Shown piece by piece: positions 37,065-48,280 of a stretch of DNA of 64,000 bases. Within the stretch, counting starts at the first letter, position 1. The number at the start of each line of letters is the position of its first letter. Source of the DNA: Microgenomates group bacterium (lineage in GTDB: Bacteria; Patescibacteriota; Microgenomatia; UBA1400; MFAQ01); contig JBAQNH010000002.1 in assembly GCA_049303575.1 (NCBI GenBank), positions 380,541 to 444,540 of the forward strand. The letters are read 5' to 3'. The notes beneath the pieces are model-generated. The model ran no database searches. It worked only from the letters and a program-made list of their open reading frames with translations, and was not told the DNA's origin. Both the position numbers and the translations under genes were made by a program.

Positions 37065-38657
37065 ATGGTATCGATTCTTAAAAAGATTCACCCGCTAACC
37101 CTTATTTTTTTCTTTGCTCTGATTTTAAGTTTAGTCATAAAAATTCTTTCAGTCTGGGGAAATAACTTTCCTTTAACCTACGACCAAGGTCGTGATCTGG
37201 TTGATCTTCGTCAGATGGTCGTTACTCATACACCACGGCTTGTCGGACCGACCACCAGCATCAATGGGGTTCTTCTCGGACCCTTCTACTATTACTTTCT
37301 CCTAATTCCTTTTCTAATCTTTGGTGGCAGTCCGATGGCTATCGTTATCTGGCAAATACTTTGGTATCAGTTTGCCGTGCTTATCTTATGGTTCGTCCTT
37401 AAGAAGAAATCCGTTATTCAAGCAAACTTAGTTGGTATTATTTTATCTCTCCTGCCGACAGGCTTTTACACCGCCCGTTACTTTTGGAATGCCAATGCCA
37501 TGCCCATCTTCACCATTTTATTTATTACCGCTCTTGTTTACTCGTTTGAGAATCGATCACTGAAAAAATCTTTTCTGGTCGGTTTGGTAAGTGGTCTATC
37601 TCTACAAATTGAAGCAGCTTTTGGTATTATCTTTTTTCCCTTTGCTCTGCTTTTATTATTATTGAAACGTTTTTCCTTCAAAAATATTTTTGCCTCTCTC
37701 GTGGGTTTTGTGGTAACTATCCTTCCTCAAGCCCTCTTTGAAGTGCGCCACAATTTTTTAATGACCAAGACACTTCTGTCTGAGTTTACGGGCAAGGCTG
37801 CCATTCTGGGAGAAAAGTTATCCTTCAGCGAGCGCCTACCCGAAAGAGAACTCCGCTTCATTAATACCTTAAGAGACACCAATCACATACCCTTCGAAAC
37901 ATTATCCCTTATTTACCCCATCCTTCTCGTTCTGGGAATTTATTATCTACTCTCCAAGTATCGAAAAAACATTCCCAATGACCTAACACTTCTTTCTCTT
38001 TCATTCTTTATTGTTTCCATAATCTTTTACTTAGTTTTTCCCATGGGAATCAAAACCTGGTATGTTTTAGGTCTCACCATTCCAGCAGCCGTTTTCTTTT
38101 GCAGTATTTTCGAAAGAATTTTCTCCAAAAATATTATTGGGAAAATACTGGTCTTTATCTTTATCCTTTTTACTTTTTCCAATACCCTCAAAGCCCACCT
38201 TGAATATCTCGGTAAAAACTTTAATAAACCATCCGACAACCCCAGTAATTTAATGAACGAAATCAAAGCCGTTGACTGGGTTTATCAACAAGCGGAAGGA
38301 AAAGGATTCAGAGTCTACAGCTACTTACCGGCCATCTACGACTATCCCTTCCAACATGCCTTCTGGTGGTACGGTACCAAGACATACGGCTACCAACCGG
38401 AAAATATTGCCTACCTTCCTAATCAGCCGGAGTACATCATAAAAGGAGATCTTGCTTGGACAAAGAAAAAGGAAACCTTAGATGGCACTCCAGTCTTCCT
38501 CATTATCCAGGGAGATAGCGAACACTCCGACTTTTTCCAAAAGTGGATGGGAAACTTCAGCAAACTTTGTTCTACCAAAGAAACTCAAATTATTGACAGT
38601 CTTAAAGTGGTTAAACTCGTTTCTTGCGTAGGACAGCCAACCACAATAGCCAAATAA
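37065..38657 (+). CDS. GT-C glycosyltransferase, ArnT/PMT-like
   Basis: 'LTYDQGRDLVDLRQM' in loop 1. Paralog of the 22732 gene. Confidence 0.55.
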   Translation: MVSILKKIHPLTLIFFFALILSLVIKILSVWGNNFPLTYDQGRDLVDLRQMVVTHTPRLVGPTTSINGVLLGPFYYYFLLIPFLIFGGSPMAIVIWQILWYQFAVLILWFVLKKKSVIQANLVGIILSLLPTGFYTARYFWNANAMPIFTILFITALVYSFENRSLKKSFLVGLVSGLSLQIEAAFGIIFFPFALLLLLLKRFSFKNIFASLVGFVVTILPQALFEVRHNFLMTKTLLSEFTGKAAILGEKLSFSERLPERELRFINTLRDTNHIPFETLSLIYPILLVLGIYYLLSKYRKNIPNDLTLLSLSFFIVSIIFYLVFPMGIKTWYVLGLTIPAAVFFCSIFERIFSKNIIGKILVFIFILFTFSNTLKAHLEYLGKNFNKPSDNPSNLMNEIKAVDWVYQQAEGKGFRVYSYLPAIYDYPFQHAFWWYGTKTYGYQPENIAYLPNQPEYIIKGDLAWTKKKETLDGTPVFLIIQGDSEHSDFFQKWMGNFSKLCSTKETQIIDSLKVVKLVSCVGQPTTIAK

Positions 38658-40887
38658 GGAAACTTGCCCCACTTATTATTATTCCCCATTTGAAACTTTC
38701 CGGCTTGTATTCAAAAGTAATTTCTCCATCTTTTATTTCTCGAACATCGACTGTTCTAAAAGGAGATACCTCGTTTCCAATTTTTGTAGGTTTTCCGTTG
38801 ATTGTTGCTACCCACCCAGGATAATAAGTATCGGTCAGTAGTAATTTTTCACCATCGACATTACTAAACTTAATCACCACCTTATTACTCTCATAGCTGG
38901 TTATGGTTGCACTTCCCTCGGCATCGGTTCCATCAGTATTAATTATTCTTGCCCTCTCCTTATACTTCGTGTTTAGTAGTACTGCCACCGACTCTGTTTT
39001 AAATACTCTTGTCCATTCTTTTTCGTTAATTTTGTAATTAATATTGTTTCCAGGTCCATCGGCCTTTTCGTCTCTTGTGATGGCCAGTAAATACTTCACA
39101 TTATATTTTCCTAGTGATTCAGCATCGTACACGGTCAGTTCGGAATATCTAGATACTCCAGGAACCATTTCCTTGTTCAAGTCGTAGCTATAAGCCTTCA
39201 CATAGCTTGAAATCGCCATTGGATCATATCCGGAAGGGCTCATCAACTTGTAAGCCATCCAAGTATTTGGAGGTAAGATCTCGGCTTTTTCTCTATCAAC
39301 TCGGAAGACGCTAGTATCCTTTTTAAGGAATTTAGTTACTTCCGTTTCCGGATAGGCATAAAGCTTGGGGACTATGGGAGTATATTTCCATCCAAATCTA
39401 AAAAGATCGGCAATTACAATCATAAGTACGAACCACTTCCAAAATTTTATTTTTTTGGACAAAATGAATACACCAAATAATCCTCCCGACAATAGTAGCG
39501 GTATGGCCAAGTTTCTTATTCCAATGTTCAAATTTTTAATATTTGGCAACAGCTGTGAAACAACATCTGGTTGAGAAAAAAGACGAATTGAAAAAATACT
39601 AATCCCTAGAGCAATTACTATCGCGAGAGTCGAGGGAACAAAAAGTCTAACTTTTTGCAACCAATTCAGCGAATTCATATTTTCTATCATCTCTGCAACC
39701 AAAACACTTACTCCCAGTAGATAGATCATACCGACCCTTCCAGCCACGCTTGTCCACAAAAAAGGTACCTTAAAGCGATATACTGCTTCTCCCAAAGGTG
39801 TGCTGAACTGAAAGATAAGTGCCACCACACTTGCCACCAAAAAAAACTTACCAACCTTCAATTTTTTGAAAAATACCAGCCCAAAAATTAATCCGACTAG
39901 ACCGATTACTCCCGCGTAGGTCACTGTTTCGTGGTAATTAAAGTAACCCCAGAAATTTCCGGTTGACGGATTCCCAAAATAATCGGGAGCGATCATTGTA
40001 ATTAAATTTTCTGACGGCAACAAACCGTAATTGATACCGGCAATCGATCCATCGTCAAAACGGATACTATGATTCATTAGTTCAATCGTTGGAAGTAGTT
40101 GGATAGCACTAAAGCAAACAGACAGAATCAACGATAGAGCAAAGAAGATATTAAATTTTCGATTTTTTATACCCGCTCTGTATACAAAATAACAAACAGT
40201 TAATATTGCTACATATATCAATGCCTGAAGGTGTCCAGCGGTAACCATAAAAAAGAATAAAGGTGAAAGCCACAACAAATATTTTTTATTGTTTTTCTCA
40301 ATAGTTTTTTCTATGACTATTAACACTATAGGAATCCAAATCATTGTAAAATCTGCGTTTACAAACTGAGACCACAATATTGCAAAACCACCCAACGCAT
40401 ACACCACGGAACCAATCAGCGCCGGCAAGGTCTCTTTCTTTACTGTCTTTAAATACCAATACATTGATAATATAGAGCCAAGAGGCTGAGATATTACTAG
40501 CCACGTCCATCCATTTACTCTACCCAAGATAACCTCAATAAGATTAAAAGGATTCAATGGCCCTGAATTAAAGTTAGCCAACAGAGGATATCCTGAATAT
40601 GAATATGGGTTCCATAACGGCCACTTAAAGTTTAAAAAACTTCGAACTATTTCATCTTTCCACATAAAAAACTGCGAAAATATATCTGAGATAAGCGTGT
40701 TTTTCACTGGAACTCCAACTACATATCCCCATTTACTCTCAAGCCATGGATAATACGCACCCACTAACAAGTCTCCTGGAAAGGGGATATATCCTCTAAA
40801 CACCTTCCAGTAAAATGCCAAGACAATACCTATAAGCAATAAAATTGGCAAAAATTTGATTATTTTATTTTTCACTCTAACCACCAT
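38611..40887 (-). CDS. YfhO-like large polytopic membrane protein (GT-C-like)
   Basis: 758 aa. A multi-TM N-terminal region is followed by a ~200-aa C-terminal extracytoplasmic domain and a final TM. Confidence 0.45.
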   Translation of the reverse strand: MVVRVKNKIIKFLPILLLIGIVLAFYWKVFRGYIPFPGDLLVGAYYPWLESKWGYVVGVPVKNTLISDIFSQFFMWKDEIVRSFLNFKWPLWNPYSYSGYPLLANFNSGPLNPFNLIEVILGRVNGWTWLVISQPLGSILSMYWYLKTVKKETLPALIGSVVYALGGFAILWSQFVNADFTMIWIPIVLIVIEKTIEKNNKKYLLWLSPLFFFMVTAGHLQALIYVAILTVCYFVYRAGIKNRKFNIFFALSLILSVCFSAIQLLPTIELMNHSIRFDDGSIAGINYGLLPSENLITMIAPDYFGNPSTGNFWGYFNYHETVTYAGVIGLVGLIFGLVFFKKLKVGKFFLVASVVALIFQFSTPLGEAVYRFKVPFLWTSVAGRVGMIYLLGVSVLVAEMIENMNSLNWLQKVRLFVPSTLAIVIALGISIFSIRLFSQPDVVSQLLPNIKNLNIGIRNLAIPLLLSGGLFGVFILSKKIKFWKWFVLMIVIADLFRFGWKYTPIVPKLYAYPETEVTKFLKKDTSVFRVDREKAEILPPNTWMAYKLMSPSGYDPMAISSYVKAYSYDLNKEMVPGVSRYSELTVYDAESLGKYNVKYLLAITRDEKADGPGNNINYKINEKEWTRVFKTESVAVLLNTKYKERARIINTDGTDAEGSATITSYESNKVVIKFSNVDGEKLLLTDTYYPGWVATINGKPTKIGNEVSPFRTVDVREIKDGEITFEYKPESFKWGIIISGASFLIWLLWLAVLRKKRV

Positions 40888-40917
40888 TCTAGCATCGGGA
40901 TTGATATACTTAGAAAG

Positions 40918-41796
40918 ATGATTGGAAAAACGATTGATATTATCATTTCCAGCTACAACGCCAAGAACTTGCTGGGGAAAAATCTTCCGGAAATAATTAA
41001 ACTTTCGGGAGATGCTGGAATTATCGTCGTTGACGACGGAAGTGACGATGGTACGCCTGAATATTTAAAGGAAAAGTTTCCCCAAGTAATCTGTCTCCAT
41101 CACGATAAGAATCAGGGTTTCAGTAAATCAATGAACATCGGCATCGGTTACTCCCAGGCAGACCTCATCGTTTTTCTAAATAACGACGTCATTCCACTTA
41201 AGGGATATCTAGAAGAATCTCTCAAATACTTTTCCGACAAGGACATTTTAGGAGTCTCCTTCAACGAAAGAGATTCGTCGTGGCCAAAAGTTGGTTGGCA
41301 CAGAGGTAAATTTCAGTTCAATAGGGGAGAAGACAAATCCAAGGCTTACTATGCCGGCTGGTTGTCTGGTGGCAGTGCCATTGTAAGAAGAGATCTTTTA
41401 AACAAGCTTCATGGATTCAACGAAATTTACTCACCCGGGTACTGGGAAGACATCGATCTCGGCTGGCGTGCTTGGAAATCTGGTTTAAAGATTCTCTGGA
41501 TACCAGATGCCAAAGTTCTTCACCAGCACGAGTCCAGTTTTAGCAAACTTGATCCTCATTTCGTTAGTACCATAAAACAAAGGAACGAACTCCTTTTTAT
41601 CTGGCAAAACTTTTCCGAGAAAAAATTTATCCTCTCTCATCTTGGCTTCTTAGTTTCTCACTCAATTAAACATCTTGGATATCTCAGGATTATTTTTATC
41701 GCTCTCAAAGAATATTTAGCCAAAGGTAAAAAAACCAAGGGGATTCTTTCCGACTCTCAGGTTCTAAGTTTAATCAACAAACCCTATGAACGTTGA
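40918..41796 (+). CDS. GT2 glycosyltransferase
   Basis: 'IDIIISSYNAKNLL...IIVVDDGSDDGT', DxD 'LNNDV'. Confidence 0.65.
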   Translation: MIGKTIDIIISSYNAKNLLGKNLPEIIKLSGDAGIIVVDDGSDDGTPEYLKEKFPQVICLHHDKNQGFSKSMNIGIGYSQADLIVFLNNDVIPLKGYLEESLKYFSDKDILGVSFNERDSSWPKVGWHRGKFQFNRGEDKSKAYYAGWLSGGSAIVRRDLLNKLHGFNEIYSPGYWEDIDLGWRAWKSGLKILWIPDAKVLHQHESSFSKLDPHFVSTIKQRNELLFIWQNFSEKKFILSHLGFLVSHSIKHLGYLRIIFIALKEYLAKGKKTKGILSDSQVLSLINKPYER

Positions 41797-42604
41797 TCTC
41801 TCAATCGTTACCGTCGGTTTCCGTTCCGAAAAAACCATCGGTCCTTTTTTGAACTCAATTCAAAGATCCAAAGACGGGCTTAAAAAAGAAATCATTGTTG
41901 TCGACAACTACCCTTCGGATCGCTGTGCCGAGATAGCCAAAAAACACCCTCTCAAGCCCAAAGTACTCATCAATACCGAAAATGTCGGTTTTTCCAAAGC
42001 CATCAACCGTGGTTTAAAAGAATCTAAGGGTAAATATGTTCTCATCATCAATCCCGACACTGGAATCAAAGGCTCGTCCATAAAACTTCTCTATGATTTT
42101 GCCGAATCACACCCCGTTCTTGGTGCCGTCGCCCCCAAACTACTTTACCGCGATGGTAAAACGCAGCCATCTATCTATAAGTTCCCCACCATTTGGAATG
42201 CTTTTAAATACTATTTTCTCGGCTGCAAAAACTGCTTTAACAAATACTACCCCGGCAACAAAATCACCAAAGTCGACGTTGCCGTCATGGCTGCTTTTTT
42301 GGTTCCCAGAGCCACTATCAATCAAGTTGGTGGTCTGGATGAAAGCTACTTTCTATACTACGAAGACATTGAGTTTTGTCGTCGGCTTCGAAAATTTAAT
42401 CTTCCGGTTTACTACTATCCCAAAGCTGTAGTTATGCACCTTCACGGAGCCAGCGGTAATTTTAGTTCACATCTTTCCAGTCCTCTCGCCAAGTCTGCCC
42501 AGATTTATCACGGCAAGTTTGGCTCAAATGCTCTAAACTTTGTTTTATGGTCAGGTCAAAAGTGGCAAAAAATAATTAAAAAAGTATCATGGTCAAAAAA
42601 ATAA
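41786..42604 (+). CDS. GT2 glycosyltransferase
   Basis: 'LSIVTVGFRSEKTI...IIVVDNYPSD', 'YEDIEFCRR'. Confidence 0.65.
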   Translation: MNVDLSIVTVGFRSEKTIGPFLNSIQRSKDGLKKEIIVVDNYPSDRCAEIAKKHPLKPKVLINTENVGFSKAINRGLKESKGKYVLIINPDTGIKGSSIKLLYDFAESHPVLGAVAPKLLYRDGKTQPSIYKFPTIWNAFKYYFLGCKNCFNKYYPGNKITKVDVAVMAAFLVPRATINQVGGLDESYFLYYEDIEFCRRLRKFNLPVYYYPKAVVMHLHGASGNFSSHLSSPLAKSAQIYHGKFGSNALNFVLWSGQKWQKIIKKVSWSKK

Positions 42605-43806
42605 TCACCAAGTTCTTTTTACCCTTAGTAATCCTCGGTATTCTTCTCCAACTTTTTATCTCCATTACTACTTATCATCCGGATCTACGCGCTTTTGTTT
42701 TGGCTTCCAAATTTATTGGTAGGGGAGAAGTCCTCACTTTTTATGACCACGTTGCCAAACTTCCCCAAGGAGATCTGGTTAAAAAAATCTACAACGATGA
42801 TATCTTCATTTATCCACCTCTTGCCTATCTGATTCCATCCGCTTTCCATCTTCCTTTCCTAGGAGCTATGACTAAAGCCGTGGATATTATTACGTTGGAC
42901 GACAACGCTCTTTTCAAAGGCTATTTTGCCTACCTTCCTCTCCTTGTTTTCAAACTTCCCTTCCTCTTTTTTGGTTTTCTTACCCTCATCTATCTGCCCA
43001 AACTTTTCAAGAGCAAAGAAGACGGTCGTTTGGCCCAGCTTATCTGGCTTTTTGCTCCGGTCACCATTCATGTTGCCGCTGGTATTGGCCAGGTGGACAC
43101 AATTCTAACCTTCTTCCTTCTTCTTGCTCTCATTGCTCTTAAAAAAGGCTCATTTGGTTGGGGTTCGGTTTTTGTCGCTCTTTCTGCCCTTATCAAACCC
43201 TTTGGTCTAGCCCTTCTTCCTCTAATTGCTATCAAAGTCTTCAAAGAGAAAGGCTTTAAAAAAGCACTTCTGGCTGTTTTGCCGGGAGTCGCTGTTTGGC
43301 TCGCTTTTATTCTGCCTTACCTAGGCTCTCCCGCTTTTAAGATGTATGCACTTCTGGCCTCTCTAGCCGAAAAGTCAACCTTCGCTGGTATTGCCATTTC
43401 CGGGGGAACAGTCATTCCCTGGCTTTACATTGTCTATATTCTGATTGCCATTTATCTCTACTCCGGCAAACTTAGTCTTATCCACTCCATCGGTTTGACC
43501 ATTCTTTCGACTCTGGCTTTTAATCACTTTCATCCTCAATGGTTCCTTTGGTTTGTGCCCTGGCTTCTCTATTACTCAATTACCTCGGGTAAACACTATC
43601 TTTGGCTCATGCTTATTCTCTTTTGGACGGTGATCTGGCTTTCCTTTGACCCTTCTCAAAGTATTGGTATGTTTCTCTTTCTTAAAGACACCTTCACCCC
43701 AACCACCGTTAATCCAATTCAAAACTCAAGCTTGGTGATTTTTGCTCGCGCCGGTTTAATTGCTTCACTAATATCACTACTTTATGACCGAAAAGACCCA
43801 GACTAA
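42589..43806 (+). CDS. Polytopic membrane protein, putative GT-C glycosyltransferase
   Basis: 405 aa with about 11 TMs. Confidence 0.4.
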   Translation: MVKKIITKFFLPLVILGILLQLFISITTYHPDLRAFVLASKFIGRGEVLTFYDHVAKLPQGDLVKKIYNDDIFIYPPLAYLIPSAFHLPFLGAMTKAVDIITLDDNALFKGYFAYLPLLVFKLPFLFFGFLTLIYLPKLFKSKEDGRLAQLIWLFAPVTIHVAAGIGQVDTILTFFLLLALIALKKGSFGWGSVFVALSALIKPFGLALLPLIAIKVFKEKGFKKALLAVLPGVAVWLAFILPYLGSPAFKMYALLASLAEKSTFAGIAISGGTVIPWLYIVYILIAIYLYSGKLSLIHSIGLTILSTLAFNHFHPQWFLWFVPWLLYYSITSGKHYLWLMLILFWTVIWLSFDPSQSIGMFLFLKDTFTPTTVNPIQNSSLVIFARAGLIASLISLLYDRKDPD

Positions 43807-44929
43807 ACGTCTTTTTTGGATTATCCTCATTTTAGGTCTGGTAATTAGATTGGTCTTAGCCTATTTCCAATATTCCGGAGATATCAAAAATCACTTTGTC
43901 TGGGGAAATGGTTTTTTGGAAAATCCAGTTGATTTTTATTCTCGTCACTTCGCAGGTTACAACGACCCAAATTATCCACCCTTAGCCATCATTTTCTTCG
44001 CAGCCGCCAATCTTCTTCACCAGGCCGTTAGTAGTTTCCTCTTATTACTTAATAGAACTTTCAGTTTCTTTCCTTCATTTATTGTTCCGCTCATTATCCA
44101 CGAAAATACGCGTTTCGCTTTTCTGAAACTCCCTGGGATCATTGCCGACATCTTTACTTTTACGATAATCTACAAGTTTCTTACCAAGCAAAAATCAAAG
44201 AGACCCTTACTCCTCGCCAGTCTTTATCTATTTAATCCTGCCGTTATCTATATTTCTTCAGTTTGGGGACAGATAGAACCCCTCACCAATCTATTTCTGG
44301 TATGGTCCTTATATATTGCCCTGTACTCACCCCTGCGTTATTTTTCAATTCTGGTTTTTGCCCTTGGTGTACTCACAAAACAAACCACCCTTTGGTTTGG
44401 TCCGCTATATTTAATTCTTTGGTTAAAGCAGCTGACGAAGGATGAAATTTTTAGAGGTCTTGTTCTTTCACTCGGAGCCTTTTTTGCCTCCTTCCTTCTT
44501 TTTAGGATTGGACCCAGTTCAGCCATCAGCATATACTTCCAAACACTTTCTGGTTCTTCTACTCTGGTTTCCGACGCCGCTTGGAATATCTGGCACTTTC
44601 TTTTTCCCCCAGGTACCGAAGACGCCATTACCATCAAGGGGATTTCGGTAAGATCATTATCGATCTTTATTCTTTTCTCCTCCCTTTTTTATCTAATCAT
44701 CAAAGAACTCAAAAACTTTTCCATGTCTCGTTTCCTCAACCACCTCTTTATCTGGTCCCTTTTGGTATTTTTTATCCAGACTCGTGTCCACGAACGCCAT
44801 TTGGCTCCGGCCATCCTTTTCTGTCTCCTTACTCCCGGATTATTCTCTCGATACTTATTAGATTTCTTCGTCCTCTCCGCTTATCATATGTATAACCTAT
44901 ACTGGAGTCTGAGACTACCATTTATATGA
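43784..44929 (+). CDS. Polytopic membrane protein, putative GT-C glycosyltransferase
   Basis: 381 aa, multi-TM. Confidence 0.4.
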   Translation: MTEKTQTKRLFWIILILGLVIRLVLAYFQYSGDIKNHFVWGNGFLENPVDFYSRHFAGYNDPNYPPLAIIFFAAANLLHQAVSSFLLLLNRTFSFFPSFIVPLIIHENTRFAFLKLPGIIADIFTFTIIYKFLTKQKSKRPLLLASLYLFNPAVIYISSVWGQIEPLTNLFLVWSLYIALYSPLRYFSILVFALGVLTKQTTLWFGPLYLILWLKQLTKDEIFRGLVLSLGAFFASFLLFRIGPSSAISIYFQTLSGSSTLVSDAAWNIWHFLFPPGTEDAITIKGISVRSLSIFILFSSLFYLIIKELKNFSMSRFLNHLFIWSLLVFFIQTRVHERHLAPAILFCLLTPGLFSRYLLDFFVLSAYHMYNLYWSLRLPFI

Positions 44930-46563
44930 TCAACCTAATTCTTGTCGGTATCTTATCAATCGCGGCGTTTTTCCGTCTATTTAATCTAAGCACACTTCCA
45001 ATCTCTCTTTTTGGCGACGAAATCGATGTCGGTTACCACGCCTGGTCTTTGATTACCACGGGGCGGGATTATATGGGCAATCTTTTGCCGACATATATTC
45101 ACAGCCTCTCTGAGTGGCGTGCACCCCTATTGATGTATATAACTGCTCCCTTTGTCGGAATTCTTGGACCCACCGCTTTTGCTGTCCGTCTTCCAGTAGC
45201 TCTTCTTGGCGTTGCCTCCGTTTATCCTTTATATTTACTGGTCAAACACCTTTCCAAAAACACTACGTTGGCCTTGCTTTCCGCTCTCGTTTTGGCTCTC
45301 ACTCCTTGGCACATTCACTACTCCAGGGCTTCTTTCGAAGTGGTCCCTTTAATTTTCTTGCTTCTCTGGGGCACTTATCTTTTTACTAAAGAAAAATACT
45401 TTGCTAGTCTCATTCCCTTCGTTCTTACTTTCTACACCTACTCAACCGCCAACATCTTTACCCCGTTATTTGTTCTGGGGCTTCTCCTTATTTACCGTCC
45501 CAAATTAAATCTCAAAAAGAACTGGGCTAAATTAATTCTTCCCGTAATCTTAATTCTTCCCATGGCCTACAACGTTTTATTTGGTCAGGCTAGTGGACGC
45601 TTTGGTATTATCAGCGTCTTTAATGATCAAAAAATTATTGACCAACTCATCATCAAAAGAACCGATCCCTGGATAAAAGCCTCACCATTTGAAACAGTCT
45701 TCCATAATAAATATTTTGCTTACGCTACCGCCATTGGTTCAAACTATGTCTCTGCACTTTCTCCCCAGTTCCTTTTCCTCAAAGGCGATCCATTTTTCCG
45801 TCACTCTATAAGTGAACAAGGAGAGCTTCTTTGGATTTTCCTCCCCTTCTTTTTACTCGGTCTTTTTGCTCTTCTTAAAAACATCTCGGAAAAGCAAAAC
45901 AAACTAATTCTTCTTTGGTTGCTTCTCGCCCCTATTCCATCCAGTCTCACCCAGGGTGGGGGAGATCATGCTACCCGTCTCTTCCTTATGGTTCCACCCC
46001 TAGTACTAATTACTGCCATGGGTTTCTGGGAATTTGTTTCCAAAATTAAATTCAAAAAGATTTTTATTCTCATCATTGGTTCTCTCTTGATTCTGGCTTT
46101 TGCCAACTACTTCCATCAATACTCCATTCATTACAAATTCGACTCCGCCAGATTTTGGCAGTATGGTTACGAGAGTATCTTTACCCAATTGAAGGCGGCA
46201 GAAGTTGGCGCCAAAAATGTCTATATCAACAATTCCTACGAACCATCGCTATTAAAATTCGCTTTTTATACCCAGTACCCTCCGAGTAAATTCCAAAAAG
46301 ATTTTCAAGGTGATCAGCCAGAGGCATACGATATTGGCATATTCAAAGGGTTCCGTTTTGGAGAAAACTACTTTTTTGGCCAAGTAGGTAATCTCGATGA
46401 TCTTCAAAAACTTCTTCAACCGGGAGACATCTATCTTGCCGCTCAACTCAAAGAAATTCCCGGGGATTGGGACTGGTCAGTCACAGCTCCTTTTGGATTG
46501 AAAACCGTAGGCTTCACCCGAGATTTACTGGGTCAGCCATTATTTACCATCGTCAAACGTTAA
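44926..46563 (+). CDS. GT-C glycosyltransferase, PMT/ArnT-like paralog 1 of tandem array
   Basis: 'SLFGDEIDVGYHAWSLITTGRDYMGNLLP'. 545 aa. C-terminal 'YG(Y/F)' domain. Confidence 0.65.
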   Translation: MINLILVGILSIAAFFRLFNLSTLPISLFGDEIDVGYHAWSLITTGRDYMGNLLPTYIHSLSEWRAPLLMYITAPFVGILGPTAFAVRLPVALLGVASVYPLYLLVKHLSKNTTLALLSALVLALTPWHIHYSRASFEVVPLIFLLLWGTYLFTKEKYFASLIPFVLTFYTYSTANIFTPLFVLGLLLIYRPKLNLKKNWAKLILPVILILPMAYNVLFGQASGRFGIISVFNDQKIIDQLIIKRTDPWIKASPFETVFHNKYFAYATAIGSNYVSALSPQFLFLKGDPFFRHSISEQGELLWIFLPFFLLGLFALLKNISEKQNKLILLWLLLAPIPSSLTQGGGDHATRLFLMVPPLVLITAMGFWEFVSKIKFKKIFILIIGSLLILAFANYFHQYSIHYKFDSARFWQYGYESIFTQLKAAEVGAKNVYINNSYEPSLLKFAFYTQYPPSKFQKDFQGDQPEAYDIGIFKGFRFGENYFFGQVGNLDDLQKLLQPGDIYLAAQLKEIPGDWDWSVTAPFGLKTVGFTRDLLGQPLFTIVKR

Positions 46564-46572
46564 AAAGGGTAA

Positions 46573-48273
46573 ATGTTCAAAAATAAGTCTCTATTACTTC
46601 TAGTTGCGATTGTTTTTTTGTCCGCGTTTTTCCGTTTGTACCGTCTCGATTTGAATCCTCCCAGTTTATACTCTGACGAGGTTGATATCGGCTATCAAGT
46701 TAAGTCGCTACTTGCGACAGGTAAAGACTACCAAGGGTATATTCTTCCCCTTCAGTTTCACTCTTTCTCGGATGTTCGTACTTCCCTTCCCATCTATGCC
46801 ACTACCTTAGTCTCACTTATTCCCGGAGTGTCTCTCGATCTGGCCATCCGTCTCACTCCGGCTATTTTTTCCCTTCTTTCTCTTATCCTGATCTATTTTT
46901 TAACGAATAATCTGTTTACGTTGTTCAAAATAAAAAAAGAAAATAGTCTTTTGGAACCGGGGATCTGGGCTTCCCTCTCTTTGTCCCTTCTTCCGTGGCA
47001 CTACACCTACTCCCGTATCGGTTTTGAACTCTCGATGCTATTTTTCTTCGTTGTTTTTGGACTATTTTTATACACTCGATTTCTTCAAAACAAAAACCAA
47101 AGATTACTAGTCCTGAGTTTAATCGTTTTATCTTTGGTGCCTATGGTCTACAGTACCGCCAAACTCTCCGTTATTTTTTACCCCTTAATCCTTTTTTTAC
47201 TTCCCGGAGGCTATGAATTTTTCAAAACCAAAAAGAACCGAGTCTATCTGCTAATCCTTTTTATTCCTCTCGGTGTACTTTTCCTCAATGGAGGAGCCAG
47301 TAAACGTTTTAGCGAAATTTCTATTTTTACGGATCCTACTGCCTCAACGGAGATAGATGTCATTCGTCAGGTTGATCTTGGCTCAAACCCACCGATCGGT
47401 TCAGTCCCGGACTTAAACACCAAAATAGTCCATAACAAAATTGTTTTTATTGTAAACACCCTCACCAAAAATCTCATCAACCCCATTTCCGGAGGTTTTC
47501 TCTTTCTCCAGGGAGACGAAAATCAACGCCATGCCGTCACTGGTTGGGGGATGTTGGAAAAATCTCTGATTGTCCCTCTACTTCTCGGTCTTTATTTTCT
47601 CATCTCAAGAAAACATAAAAGATTTCTGGCACTTCTTGCTGTTCTTTGGATTTCCGCTACCACCCCCGCCGCGCTCACTAGAGATGGTTTTAATCACGCC
47701 TCAAGAAACTTCATGATGATTCTTCCTCTTGTCTTGTTGATTTCTACTGGTTTTCACCACCTACTAAAATCTTCTAAATTATTGACTATTCTATTAACTG
47801 TTCTGCTACTTGTAGAATCCGCTCTCTATTTTCATGACTACTGGTATCACTACCAGTACGATTCCCAAAGAGACTGGAACTATGGTCTAAAGCAAGTGAT
47901 TCTCGAAACCAACAAGTATTCTGGACGACCGGTCATTATTACCAGAAACTACGAACCACCACTTATCTATTATCTTTACTATGCAAACTTTCCACCAGCC
48001 AAGTTCCAGGAGATGTATCAAACCAAAACTTTCCTCGAAAAAGTTGATCAAAAACTAAATATCGAAGGAGAGAAACTCACGGGAACAAATGTTTACTTCG
48101 CCTCAATCATCGATAAAGAATTAGCGAATCCGTTTTTAATAAAGAATGGAGTTTATGTTCTAACCCACAACGAGTATCTCGAGACCAAAGAACCAAACCA
48201 TTCCCTGCTTGAGACTGTCAAATTCCCAACCGGCCTTCCTGTTCTTTATATTCTCGATGCAAACAAACTATAA
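46573..48273 (+). CDS. GT-C glycosyltransferase, PMT/ArnT-like paralog 2
   Basis: 'SLYSDEVDIGYQVKSLLATGKDYQG'. 566 aa. Confidence 0.65.
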   Translation: MFKNKSLLLLVAIVFLSAFFRLYRLDLNPPSLYSDEVDIGYQVKSLLATGKDYQGYILPLQFHSFSDVRTSLPIYATTLVSLIPGVSLDLAIRLTPAIFSLLSLILIYFLTNNLFTLFKIKKENSLLEPGIWASLSLSLLPWHYTYSRIGFELSMLFFFVVFGLFLYTRFLQNKNQRLLVLSLIVLSLVPMVYSTAKLSVIFYPLILFLLPGGYEFFKTKKNRVYLLILFIPLGVLFLNGGASKRFSEISIFTDPTASTEIDVIRQVDLGSNPPIGSVPDLNTKIVHNKIVFIVNTLTKNLINPISGGFLFLQGDENQRHAVTGWGMLEKSLIVPLLLGLYFLISRKHKRFLALLAVLWISATTPAALTRDGFNHASRNFMMILPLVLLISTGFHHLLKSSKLLTILLTVLLLVESALYFHDYWYHYQYDSQRDWNYGLKQVILETNKYSGRPVIITRNYEPPLIYYLYYANFPPAKFQEMYQTKTFLEKVDQKLNIEGEKLTGTNVYFASIIDKELANPFLIKNGVYVLTHNEYLETKEPNHSLLETVKFPTGLPVLYILDANKL

Positions 48274-48280
48274 TTAATTT